Below are positions 1 through 9,279 of a stretch of 64,000 bases of DNA, piece after piece (position 1 is the first letter of the stretch; every line of letters begins with the position of its first letter). Under the pieces are notes generated by a model that made no database searches, was not told where the DNA came from, and saw only the letters and a list, made by a program, of their open reading frames with translations. The stretch spans positions 1,617 to 65,616 of the forward strand of contig JADHWJ010000002.1 in the NCBI GenBank assembly GCA_016783545.1, written 5' to 3'. Origin of the DNA: Candidatus Aenigmatarchaeota archaeon (GTDB lineage Archaea; Aenigmatarchaeota; Aenigmatarchaeia; QMZP01). The position numbers and the translations under genes are program-made.

Positions 1-2
1 AT

Positions 3-293
3 CTAGCTCATTTATTCGCAAGGAATAGGGGAGCTATTGATTTTGCTGGCACGTTGGACGCCATAGAGAGCCTGAAATTCAAGTACATTCACTTCCATTT
101 TTCAGGCATAAATTTTACACTTAAAGGTGAAAAGAATCATGTACCAATGGGCCAAAATCCGGATTTTAGGCCTTTTGCAGAAGAACTTTTGAAAAGAAAG
201 CAGAATTGCACAATAATTTCAGAAAGTCCAATTACTTGGAAAGATTCACTTAAAATGAAAGAGATATTCGAAGAGTTGGGGTATAAAATTTGA
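3..293 (+). CDS. Endonuclease IV-like TIM-barrel protein, C-terminal part (truncated by window start)
   Basis: Frame open from the window edge: LAHLFARNRG..HFHFSGI..GEKNH..IISESP, typical of the archaeal AP-endonuclease-2 family. Confidence 0.7.
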   Translation, partial: LAHLFARNRGAIDFAGTLDAIESLKFKYIHFHFSGINFTLKGEKNHVPMGQNPDFRPFAEELLKRKQNCTIISESPITWKDSLKMKEIFEELGYKI

Positions 294-622
294 ATATATT
301 TAAAGATTGGAAGATAATAACATAATAGAGATCTTTGGTCTCTGTTCATATTCACACGATTATTACGTTTGCTTTTACAAACACCAGAGAAGATTTTTTT
401 CTTAGTATTATCTACCCACTTGCTACCTTAGAACGTGTCTCAGGACAGTCTTAGATAGAAAGGGGGTGATCATATCATGGCGCCCACAGACTATGCCTAC
501 AAGCGACGATGTCTGACTGGGCACTTCATTTCTTCTGTTGGAGAATAAAATTGTTCTGGTGGAATCAGACTGGTTGTCCACCATAAGGTGCAGAGTCCAT
601 ACCTAATTGAAGGAATGGGCAA

Positions 623-1084
623 GTGAAGATGACAAACTGTTGGAGTTCTATCATGCGACAGCCTCTCCATATTGTGCTGGCTCTGGGTGTCTTTGCCGCG
701 GTTTGCGTTTATGCGCTTCTGGCAAGAGATGCCCGCGCGGACGTCGTAACAGCTAAGGACGTGGTGGCGATCACGAAGGCCGAGAAGGCAACAGTTGACA
801 CGGCGATTGAGTTGAAGATGACCAAGGCGCTCGATGAAGACATCGGGGCCAGCAGCACCCGGATGGCCGCAACGGAGAACGAGAAGAAGAGCAGCGACAG
901 TGCGAATGACGACAGCGTATTGGTAGTGGCGAACATCACCGGCGATGCCCGGGCGGCCCCTACAGCCAAGAAGCTGGCGAGCTCGAGCGACAGCACGGCG
1001 GCAAGAACGATCGAAGCCATCGGGATCGGCGGTGTGAACGACAAGACCCTGACAGCCGGCGCCGTGGCCTACGCCCTATTGTGA
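623..1084 (+). CDS. Orphan signal-anchored Ala/Thr/Asp-rich protein
   Basis: Hydrophobic N-terminal segment HIVLALGVFAAVCVYALLA; GC-rich codons; start could be 623, 629 or 653. Confidence 0.7.
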   Translation: MKMTNCWSSIMRQPLHIVLALGVFAAVCVYALLARDARADVVTAKDVVAITKAEKATVDTAIELKMTKALDEDIGASSTRMAATENEKKSSDSANDDSVLVVANITGDARAAPTAKKLASSSDSTAARTIEAIGIGGVNDKTLTAGAVAYALL

Positions 1085-1162
1085 GGAAGATGATCCTCTT
1101 TTGGGTATGGTCATGGTAAGAACTACCCCCCTCGGTCAGGACAGCTTCTGGCCGGGGGTAGT

Positions 1163-1211
1163 GGGGATAGGTGATGTTGACCTTGTGGTTCAAATCCACA
1201 TATCCCCTCCA
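1163..1211 (+). ncRNA. tRNA-like mini-structure (acceptor stem + T-arm + CCA, no D-arm)
   Basis: GGGGATA/TATCCCC 7-bp stem; TGTGG-TTCAAAT-CCACA T-arm; ends T-CCA. Confidence 0.5.
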
Positions 1212-1299
1212 ATTCGCCTCCGCCTCCCGGACAGGCGCAGCCCCAGATCAAGCGACACCCCAATATTCATGATGAGGTGGTGCTCGCTTGGTCTTTATA

Positions 1300-1316
1300 T
1301 TGTCATTTAAGCGGGA
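1300..1316 (+). repeat. Conserved site copy TTGTCATTTAAGCGGGA
   Basis: Matches the consensus TTGTCATYTTAANGGGA seen in 13 copies. Confidence 0.8.
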
Positions 1317-1377
1317 TATATATCATTGTCGAAAGGTAAAATTTACATTTAAAAGTATTATTGGATAAACATATCCT

Positions 1378-1911
1378 ATGATAGAAGTAAGAGTGCATGG
1401 AAGAGGAGGTCAGGGCGGAGTTACCTTTGTAGAGCTTTTGGCTAAGGCAGCTGGATTAGATGGAAAATATGTACAGGCGTTTCCAAGCTTTGGACCTGAA
1501 AGAACAGGTGCACCTGTCAAGGCATTTTGTAGAATAGATAATATACCAGTCACTTTGCGTTCCCAGATATATAGTCCTGATTTTGTGGTTGTTTTAGATC
1601 CCTCACTTTTGGATTTGCCAGAAGTTATTGAAGGAATAAAACCAGAGACAGTTATCATTGTAAACTCAGATAAAGGAATAGAACTGAATATAAAAAACAA
1701 AGTCTATACAATAGATGCTACAAAACTTGCCATGGAAATCCTTGGCAGGCCCATAACAAATACAGCAATGCTTGGTGCTTTCATAAAGGTTCTGGGATTG
1801 GTAAAATTGGAATCAGTTCTAAAAACAATTGATGAAAAGTTCCCAGAAAAGATTGCTGAGCCAAACAAGAAACTTATATCACAGTCATATGAGCTAATGG
1901 TGGTTGATTAA
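1378..1911 (+). CDS. porC: Pyruvate/2-oxoacid:ferredoxin oxidoreductase gamma subunit
   Basis: IRVHGRGGQG-type start, FGPERTGAP, NTAMLGA motifs. Confidence 0.95.
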   Translation: MIEVRVHGRGGQGGVTFVELLAKAAGLDGKYVQAFPSFGPERTGAPVKAFCRIDNIPVTLRSQIYSPDFVVVLDPSLLDLPEVIEGIKPETVIIVNSDKGIELNIKNKVYTIDATKLAMEILGRPITNTAMLGAFIKVLGLVKLESVLKTIDEKFPEKIAEPNKKLISQSYELMVVD

Positions 1912-2163
1912 ATGTCTAAAGTAGAAAACCTAGGTGTAATTGCGGAGCCTGGCTCTGCGAATAAAGACAAGAAGTCTGGATGGAGAACATTCAAACCAAA
2001 GATTAATGAAAAATGCACAAACTGTGGTTTTTGTGTTTCGTTTTGCCCAGAAGCTGGAATAACTATTGAAGGTGACAGGGCAAAGATAAATTATGATTAT
2101 TGCAAAGGCTGTATGATATGTGTTGATGTGTGCCCTTTGAAAGCAATAGAGGAGGAGAAATGA
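1912..2163 (+). CDS. porD: Pyruvate/2-oxoacid:ferredoxin oxidoreductase delta subunit (2x[4Fe-4S])
   Basis: WRTFKP, CxxCxxCxxxCP twice, DYCKGC. Confidence 0.95.
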   Translation: MSKVENLGVIAEPGSANKDKKSGWRTFKPKINEKCTNCGFCVSFCPEAGITIEGDRAKINYDYCKGCMICVDVCPLKAIEEEK

Positions 2164-4859
2164 AAGTGCTATCAGGTTCCCAGGCAGTTGCAGAGGCAGT
2201 AAAACTTTGTAAACCAGAGGTTGTTCCAGTTTATCCTATCACTCCAGCCACACCAATGGCAGAATACCTCTCACAGATGGTTGCTGATGGTGATTTGAAT
2301 GCTGAATTCATAACAGTGGAATCAGAACATTCTGCAATGTCAGCATGCATAGGCGCATCCTCAACAGGTGTAAGAACATTTACAGCAACAGCTTCACAAG
2401 GTCTTTGTGTAACACCGGATACTGATATAATCATGGAAAATCCAGGAATAAAAAACATAAAAGACTTTGTGGATAAAAATCTTGAGAAGTATAAAATAAA
2501 CCAAGGAAAATGGGAAATTGGAACTGGAACTGGCAAAATTTTGACATGGAATGGTCAGGAATTTGAATATGATAAAATAACCCATGTTCAGAGAATAAAA
2601 CCTCCAAAAAAGTTAATTAAAATTATAACGAGATCTGGTTCTGAAGTTACAGTTACACCAGATCATAAAATATTAATAGATAATGTAAATAAACCAGAAT
2701 GGATTGAAGCAAAAATGTTAAATGGCAATGAATATCTATATGCGCCAAGAAAAATAAAATTAAAAAATATAAAAAGACCAAAAATAATAGAATTTCTACC
2801 AGAAAATATGACTGTTATACTTGATTCCGAAATAAAAACAAGATTAGTTAGAAAAATAAAAAATATTTATGGGAGTTTAAATAAAGGTTCTAAAAAACTT
2901 GAAATACCAAAACATCATATTCTTTCTAACTATTCTATCTCTTTGGAAACAATAAAAAAATTATGTGATTCTGATATTATCAAGTGGAAAGAAATATATG
3001 AAAAAACAAATATATTCTCTCTTCACGGAGGGACAATTAAAACAAATTTTAAGGAACTAAATAAAGATTTCATGTACTTATTAGGTCTGATGTTTTCTGA
3101 TGGATGTTTCAAAGGAGATATTAAAAGTAAAAATAGGTTTGTATTCACTAATAAAAATAAAAAGTTATTGAAAATATTCTCAAATGGTTATAAAAAGTTA
3201 TTTCCGAACAAACCTGTTGGAAAGGTTTTACTTAAAAGAGGTGTAACACAGTTAATGGGTTCAAATTTTATATTTTCAATACTTGGCAAGAAAATAACTT
3301 TAAAGAAAATTTTCAGTTACGATGAAGAGCTAATAAAATCATTTCTGAAAGGTTATTTTGATGGTGATGGGAGTTGCAGAATTCAGAGCAAAAAAAGAAT
3401 AACAATATTCTTACATTGTAAAGATGATAGCAAAGTATCAGATCTGAAAAAGTTATTGTTAAGACTTGGTATTCTTAGTCATGTATATAAAAGAGATAAT
3501 ATTATTAGAGGTCTGTATATTTGTGGTTTGGGTGATACAATAAAATTTATAAGCACCATAGGAAGTAATCATCCTCAGAAACGAGAAAGATTCGTTATAG
3601 CTAAAAAATTCTTATTAAAATCTAAGCCAAGACCGCAATGGTCAGGTAAAACAGCTTTAATATGCAGAGATTTATTGATTGCTACAATAAAGAAAAGCTC
3701 ATATTCAATGAATGAAATTGATCCTGAGAATTATATTAATAAAACAAAATTTAGAAATACTCGAATAGGAAAGGAAAAATTAAGGGAAATTTTGAAAAGA
3801 ATGGAAGAAAGAAATTTTGAAAAAGATGAAACTTTCAGCTTACTGAAAAAGATGTCCTCAGATTCATTCTTTCTGGATCCCATAAAAAAAATAAAAAAAA
3901 TAAAGAGCCCACATAAATATGTTTACGATTTAACTGTTGAGAAGAATAGATCATTTGTTCCAAATGCTGCTTTTGTTGTTAGCAATTGCTTAATGCATGA
4001 AATGCTTTTTGTTGCATCAGGAACAAGATTGCCTATTGTTATGGCAATTGCAAACAGGGCACTGTCTGCTCCTTTGAATATTTGGAACGATCAGCAGGAT
4101 AGTTTTGCTCAAAGGGATTCTGGTTGGATACAGCTCTATGTTGAGAATGCACAAGAAGCTTTTGATACAATTATAATGGCATATAGGATAGCAGAGGAGA
4201 TGAAAACACCTGCAATGGTCTGCATGGATGGTTATGTTATCTCTCATACATATGAGAATGTTGAACTTCTTAGCCAGTCTGATGTTGATAGATTCCTTCC
4301 CAAATTCAAGCCAGAGATATTCCTTAACCCAAGAAAACCAATGACAATTGGCCCGGTAGGAACCCCTGAATATTATATGGAATTTAAAAAGCAGCAGCAG
4401 GATGCTCTGAAACAATCACTTGAGACAATTAAAAGAGTCAGCAATGAGTTTGCTTCAATGGTAAAAAGAAAGTATGGCAACGGCCTGATTGAAAAGATTG
4501 GTATGGAAGGAAAGAAGCATGCATTGATAACAATAGGTTCTCTGACAGGCACAGCAAGAGCTTTACAAGAGCAAGATGATTTTGGTATAATAAGAATTAA
4601 GGCATTGAGGCCTTTCCCTCTAAAACAGATAATAGAGGCCTGCAAAGACCTTGAGTCAGTGGGTGTTGTAGAAAAAGATATTTCTTTGGGGGCAAACGGT
4701 GTCCTATATGATGAAATACGTTCTGCTTTATATGGAAAATCCAAAGCAAAAGTCTCTGGTTATATAGCGGGATTGGGCGGAAAGGATATCACTCTCAGTG
4801 ATCTGAAAGGCATTTTGAAGAGTGTTAGGGCTGGAAAAGATAGTGTGGAGTGGATTTAA
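2160..4859 (+). CDS. porA: Pyruvate/2-oxoacid:ferredoxin oxidoreductase alpha subunit, intein-interrupted
   Basis: VYPITP, VESEHSAMSA, TATASQGL|intein|CLMHE, ANRALSAPLNIWNDQ. Confidence 0.93.
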   Translation: MKVLSGSQAVAEAVKLCKPEVVPVYPITPATPMAEYLSQMVADGDLNAEFITVESEHSAMSACIGASSTGVRTFTATASQGLCVTPDTDIIMENPGIKNIKDFVDKNLEKYKINQGKWEIGTGTGKILTWNGQEFEYDKITHVQRIKPPKKLIKIITRSGSEVTVTPDHKILIDNVNKPEWIEAKMLNGNEYLYAPRKIKLKNIKRPKIIEFLPENMTVILDSEIKTRLVRKIKNIYGSLNKGSKKLEIPKHHILSNYSISLETIKKLCDSDIIKWKEIYEKTNIFSLHGGTIKTNFKELNKDFMYLLGLMFSDGCFKGDIKSKNRFVFTNKNKKLLKIFSNGYKKLFPNKPVGKVLLKRGVTQLMGSNFIFSILGKKITLKKIFSYDEELIKSFLKGYFDGDGSCRIQSKKRITIFLHCKDDSKVSDLKKLLLRLGILSHVYKRDNIIRGLYICGLGDTIKFISTIGSNHPQKRERFVIAKKFLLKSKPRPQWSGKTALICRDLLIATIKKSSYSMNEIDPENYINKTKFRNTRIGKEKLREILKRMEERNFEKDETFSLLKKMSSDSFFLDPIKKIKKIKSPHKYVYDLTVEKNRSFVPNAAFVVSNCLMHEMLFVASGTRLPIVMAIANRALSAPLNIWNDQQDSFAQRDSGWIQLYVENAQEAFDTIIMAYRIAEEMKTPAMVCMDGYVISHTYENVELLSQSDVDRFLPKFKPEIFLNPRKPMTIGPVGTPEYYMEFKKQQQDALKQSLETIKRVSNEFASMVKRKYGNGLIEKIGMEGKKHALITIGSLTGTARALQEQDDFGIIRIKALRPFPLKQIIEACKDLESVGVVEKDISLGANGVLYDEIRSALYGKSKAKVSGYIAGLGGKDITLSDLKGILKSVRAGKDSVEWI
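2406..3986 (+). mobile_element. Intein with LAGLIDADG homing endonuclease (527 aa) in PorA
   Basis: Starts CVTPDT; block B VTVTPDHKIL; endonuclease motifs YLLGLMFSDG and FLKGYFDGDG; ends VYDLTV..FVVSN with +1 Cys. Confidence 0.93.
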
Positions 4860-4979
4860 CCCTTAAATTATTTTCTTCTAAGAAATATCCATGATTGACT
4901 TTGCTAAACTTCTTTCAAAAAGAAGTTCAATCAAGAAGGAGCTACCTTCATAAATTCAGGTAGCTTCCAAGGAGACTTC

Positions 4980-6113
4980 ATGATTGACTTTGCATTCAAG
5001 AATATCACAAGACAGAGAACAAGAACCATTCTCACCACTTTAGGAATTATAATAGGCATAGCTGCTATAGTTGCTTTAGGTTCTATTTCTGAAGGAATAA
5101 ATCAATACATAACTGCTAGCCTAGAACTTTCAGCAGGAAAGATAATAATTCAGCAAAGAGGTTCTGGTGGTTTTCAGGGAGGATTTGCTGGTTCTGATAT
5201 AACAGATGATGATCTAGAAGAGCTTGGGAGTATTGATGGAGTAAAAGAGATTGTTCCAATGAATCTATACTTTTCAATGGGTCGTGGAATGAGCTTTGGT
5301 CCTGGTATGGTTATAGCTGGAATAGATCCTGAAAGATCAGAATTTCTTGTTGGTGAGAACATAGAGATGCATGAAGGTAGGGAAATGGAAGGAGGCGAGA
5401 CTGGTGTAATGATGCTAGGATTTGTTTTTGCAGAACAAAGAGATCTGGGAGTTGGTGATTATTTTGAGTTGAAGGATATGGAGTTTGAGATAATAGGTAT
5501 ATTGGAAAAGATAGAAAATCCAAATGTTGATGATAGTGCAAGTGTAAATATAGTGGACATTCAGGAATTAATGGGTGTTGATACCTATCAGATGGCTTAT
5601 GTGGTCCCCTTTGATATAAGGGATGCTGAAGCAATTGCAGAAGAGATAGAGAATTCTTATGAAAAACTTTCAGCAACAACACCAGTAGAGCTCGCAAGAC
5701 AGGTTGGGGAGATAATAACTCAGATAAGATTATTCACTCTTGGTATTGGTGGCATAGCTGCTGTTGTTGGTGGTCTAGGTGTTCTTAATACAATGATAAT
5801 GGCTGTTCTTGAAAGAAGAAGGGAGATTGGTGTAATGAAGGCAATTGGTGCAACCAAGAGAAGAATATTAATGCAGATACTCACAGAGTCTGCAATGATA
5901 AGCCTTATTGGCGGTGCACTAGGTCTTGCAATAGGCGCTCTTGTTGTCTTTGGTATTGTTTTGGCTAGTGGTGGACAGTTGCCTGCTCAGGTAACACCAG
6001 GTCTTGCTGCTGGTAGTATGATATTTGCTCTGATGCTTGGAATAGTTGGTGGTGTTTACCCATCAATAAAAGCAGCGAATCTAGATCCAGTGGAGGCATT
6101 GAGATATGAGTGA
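4980..6113 (+). CDS. ABC transporter permease, MacB/FtsX family
   Basis: RTILTTLGIIIGIAAIVAL, VLERRREIGVMKAIGA, AANLDPVEALRYE. Confidence 0.93.
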   Translation: MIDFAFKNITRQRTRTILTTLGIIIGIAAIVALGSISEGINQYITASLELSAGKIIIQQRGSGGFQGGFAGSDITDDDLEELGSIDGVKEIVPMNLYFSMGRGMSFGPGMVIAGIDPERSEFLVGENIEMHEGREMEGGETGVMMLGFVFAEQRDLGVGDYFELKDMEFEIIGILEKIENPNVDDSASVNIVDIQELMGVDTYQMAYVVPFDIRDAEAIAEEIENSYEKLSATTPVELARQVGEIITQIRLFTLGIGGIAAVVGGLGVLNTMIMAVLERRREIGVMKAIGATKRRILMQILTESAMISLIGGALGLAIGALVVFGIVLASGGQLPAQVTPGLAAGSMIFALMLGIVGGVYPSIKAANLDPVEALRYE

Positions 6114-6813
6114 AACAGTCCTAGAAGTTCAGGATATAGTGAAGACCTATAATCAGGGTCTTCCGAATGAGATAAAAGTATTGAAAGAGGTAAGTATGAA
6201 AATAAATAAGGGTGACTTTGTTTCAATAGTGGGACCTTCTGGTTCTGGAAAGACCACACTTCTGGATATAATCGGCTGTCTGATGAGACCAACATCAGGT
6301 GGTGTGTTTGTTGATGGTGTGGATGTTAAAGAGCTTGGAGACTCAGAACTTGCAAATATCAGAGGAAACAAGATAGGTTTTGTTTTCCAGCAGTATAATC
6401 TTATTCAGACCATAACAGCGCAAGAGAATGTAGAGATTGCTCTTAGGATAATGGGAAAATCCAAGGGAGATGCAAAGAAAAGGGCAAAAGAGCTCCTAGA
6501 ACTGGTCGGTCTTGGGAAAAGGCTTAATAACAAACCCTCACAGATGTCTGGTGGTGAGCAACAAAGAGTTGCTATTGCAAGGGCATTAGCAAACAACCCT
6601 TCAATAATACTCGGAGATGAGCCAACAGGTAATCTGGATACAAAGACAGGCGAGAAAATACTGAATCTTCTTAAAAAATTAAACAATGAAAATGGTTATA
6701 CGATAGTTGTAGTAAGTCATGATCCAAATGTAACAGAATATGTTGATTATACTATACATATAAGAGATGGGGAGATAGAAAAGACCACAAATGGTACAAC
6801 AACTAATAAATAA
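6106..6813 (+). CDS. ABC transporter ATP-binding protein (LolD/MacB-like)
   Basis: GPSGSGKT, MSGGEQQRVAIARAL, DEPTGNLD. Confidence 0.95.
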   Translation: MSETVLEVQDIVKTYNQGLPNEIKVLKEVSMKINKGDFVSIVGPSGSGKTTLLDIIGCLMRPTSGGVFVDGVDVKELGDSELANIRGNKIGFVFQQYNLIQTITAQENVEIALRIMGKSKGDAKKRAKELLELVGLGKRLNNKPSQMSGGEQQRVAIARALANNPSIILGDEPTGNLDTKTGEKILNLLKKLNNENGYTIVVVSHDPNVTEYVDYTIHIRDGEIEKTTNGTTTNK

Positions 6814-6833
6814 TTTACTATCAATTGAGTGTT

Positions 6834-7976
6834 ATGAAAATAATAACAGTGTTCTTATTGGCAATGATTTTATTGGTTCCTTTAGCATTTGCACAGTCTC
6901 AGGCATCATCAAGCTTTGATGTTGTTCTTTCAAAACAGATACCATATCCAGCAGAACCTGGAAATGTAATAAACATAGAGATTGAAGTCCAAAACATAGG
7001 TTTTGACGACGGTGAAAATATTAACATAGAAATACTACCAGAAGAGCCGTTTAGACTGCTTCCAGGAGAGGATAAGAAGAAAACATTCAGCAGGATAGCT
7101 GCAAAAAGCTCTGTTAAAATCCCTTACAGGTTACAGGTCGATGCAGGAACAGTTACTAATGATTATGAATTGAAATTCAGGATATATAGGGAAGGTTCCA
7201 GTATCTCCCAGATAGAAAAAATTAATGTAGTTGTTCAGGGAATTCCAGACCTTATTCTGAATTCTGTAAGTATATATCCACAGAGGATAGAACCTTCAGG
7301 TATAGTTGATGTAGCAGCTTCAATAAAGAATGTTGGAACAGGCACTGCAAGACATGTTAAGGTAAGCATTGAATCAGAATCAGAAACCCTTGTACCATTA
7401 CTTTCAGGCGGACAGGTTTTTATTGATGATTTAGAGCCAAGTCATATAAAATCCGCAAGTTTAAGGTTAAAGATTGGCAATTCCGCAGAATACAAAACAT
7501 ATATAGCTAAGCTTACTTTAAGCTACAAAGATGAAAATGGAACAGAGCACTCAAAAACACATGATATAGGCATACCTGTGACAGGTAGCATACAGCTAGA
7601 TGTTATCAAAATAGAACCGAACATTGGAAGAGGTGTAATAAAGATAGAAATTGCCAACAAAGGCACTACAGATGCAAAGTCTTTGGACTCAAAGCTTATA
7701 ATAGGTAATGAAACAATTGGTGTGGACTATACGAGTCAGCTGAAAGCAAGCAAGCAGACCACTCTAGAGTTTCCTTTAATCTATAAAGGTTCTGGCAAGC
7801 TGGTGATAGATTACATAGGTCCTGGTATAGAGAAAAACACACTTGAAAAAGAGATTGTTCTGAACTTTGAAGAACCAGGTCAGGATAATACAGGAACAAT
7901 AGTAACTGTTATAGTAATTATAATAATCATTGTGTGGTACATAAGAAGACGAAGGAAAAACAAACAAAAAGCATAG
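6834..7976 (+). CDS. COG1361-type S-layer/CARDB-domain membrane-anchored protein
   Basis: Signal peptide, PYPAEPG and IKNVGTGTA motifs, C-terminal TM plus basic tail; usual partner of this ABC pair. Confidence 0.8.
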   Translation: MKIITVFLLAMILLVPLAFAQSQASSSFDVVLSKQIPYPAEPGNVINIEIEVQNIGFDDGENINIEILPEEPFRLLPGEDKKKTFSRIAAKSSVKIPYRLQVDAGTVTNDYELKFRIYREGSSISQIEKINVVVQGIPDLILNSVSIYPQRIEPSGIVDVAASIKNVGTGTARHVKVSIESESETLVPLLSGGQVFIDDLEPSHIKSASLRLKIGNSAEYKTYIAKLTLSYKDENGTEHSKTHDIGIPVTGSIQLDVIKIEPNIGRGVIKIEIANKGTTDAKSLDSKLIIGNETIGVDYTSQLKASKQTTLEFPLIYKGSGKLVIDYIGPGIEKNTLEKEIVLNFEEPGQDNTGTIVTVIVIIIIIVWYIRRRRKNKQKA

Positions 7977-8007
7977 ATACTTCTAAACAAAATTAAAAAT
8001 AAAAAAA

Positions 8008-8514
8008 TTAAACTTCTGGATGTTCACAAGGATCTATTTTACCTTCAGGTTTGAAATACTGGCTGAACCTTTTTCTCATTTCTTCCCTTGTAAGTCCTGC
8101 TTCTTCTGCCACTTCATATGCATGGTCTAGCATTGCATCTGTGGGCATTAATGCACCTAAATCCAGATATCTGTTTGCTTCTTTAAGCTCACCTTCGCAA
8201 GCAGCCAATGCAGCTCTAGCTTTTGTAGGTTCTACATATTCTTCTGGTAGACCCATACCTAAAAGCTCTGGCATGTCTTCAGCTTTGAAAAAACAATACT
8301 GATTCATATCTTGACAACTACCTGCTCTTCTGTTTGCTGTTTCAACTACCTCTGCTACAAACTCTGCTTCTATAGCTGCTCTATCTGCTTCCCAGTCTTC
8401 GTCAGTATATGCAGAACAATCTCTTGCCATCTTAATTAATTCAGCAGCGCCTTTGTCTGTTACAATAATTTCTGTCATATTATACTCTCTTGTGTCACCA
8501 TTTAACAGTGACAA
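8008..8514 (-). CDS. Orphan acidic protein
   Basis: 168-aa ORF with a TATA box (8535-8541) directly after a conserved site. Confidence 0.65.
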   Translation of the reverse strand: MSLLNGDTREYNMTEIIVTDKGAAELIKMARDCSAYTDEDWEADRAAIEAEFVAEVVETANRRAGSCQDMNQYCFFKAEDMPELLGMGLPEEYVEPTKARAALAACEGELKEANRYLDLGALMPTDAMLDHAYEVAEEAGLTREEMRKRFSQYFKPEGKIDPCEHPEV

Positions 8515-8549
8515 TTAATACTTGGAATATGAGTATATAAAGTTTTTTC

Positions 8550-8566
8550 TCCCGTTAAGATGACAA
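8550..8566 (-). repeat. Conserved site copy TTGTCATCTTAACGGGA
   Basis: Preceded on the minus strand by a 9-bp hairpin (8570-8604) and followed by GAAAAAACTTTATA. Confidence 0.9.
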
Positions 8567-8614
8567 AATAACAGGACAGAAAGGGTCTCCCCAATTGTCC
8601 TGTTCAATCTTACC

Positions 8615-9034
8615 TTACCGCCGACAGACACCGCACACGGTTCTCCGCCCACAACGGCAAGACGATTGCCGGACCGTGCTGAGAATCTCAGCACGTAGTT
8701 TGTTCAGCTCAGCCTTGAGTTGGTCTCTGCAGACCAGCCTTTGCACGCAGGCCTTGATCTCCTCGATCTGGCACCTCATTTCCCTGAGACCAACATTGGA
8801 GCAGCCATGTGAGCATTGCCGCCTCGAACTCGGTGTGTTCACATAGTCGCTGAGAACAACCAGCGACCGTTCGACCCTGTTGAGGCGATCCAGAACCGAG
8901 CGGAGATCTGTCCTTTTGCATGATTCCTTGGGGCGGATCTTTATGACGATCTCCTCACCACCCCTTTCACAGATGTACCGCTCAGATCCGAACACTGACG
9001 AAACAGCGACCAAAAAAATCACCAAGCACTTCAT
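8615..9034 (-). CDS. Orphan secreted coiled-coil, Cys-rich protein (139 aa)
   Basis: AAAGGAGG RBS before MKCLVIFLVAVSSVFG signal peptide; C-terminal CRCGRRTVCGVCRR. Confidence 0.75.
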   Translation of the reverse strand: MKCLVIFLVAVSSVFGSERYICERGGEEIVIKIRPKESCKRTDLRSVLDRLNRVERSLVVLSDYVNTPSSRRQCSHGCSNVGLREMRCQIEEIKACVQRLVCRDQLKAELNKLRAEILSTVRQSSCRCGRRTVCGVCRR

Positions 9035-9279
9035 CGTCTTCCTCCTTTCCAAAGACTTCCCAAAGACTAAGAAACAGAAACCTTCCACATTCCTTCGATT
9101 AAGAAAAACAAATTCGCTTTGTAACTGATGTTTTGTGAGAGCTGTATAGCGTTTTACTGCAAATACGGCTAAGAATAATATTAAATGAAGAAATGATTTA
9201 TAAATGTTCTTGTGTTTGCAATATGCCGTAAAGGCTTTTTCGTGAACGTTTTTGAATAAATATAGCCCAATAAAAAGGT

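Larger units (their letters stand above)
345..1316 (+). mobile_element. GC-rich island 1 (putative cassette): shared 5' leader, orphan gene, hairpins, 3' conserved site
   Basis: Leader 345-414 matches 15740-15820 (-); GC-rich interior; hairpin 1245-1294 then TTATATTGTCATTTAAGCGGGA. Confidence 0.55.
8550..9125 (-). mobile_element. GC-rich island 2 (putative cassette)
   Basis: Leader GCGAATTTGTTTTTCTTAA, orphan gene, hairpin, conserved site. Confidence 0.55.

Noticed and set aside
477-548. 23-codon ORF with GGGGGTGAT RBS at the head of island 1
   Set aside because: Plausible leader peptide but too short to support without translation data.
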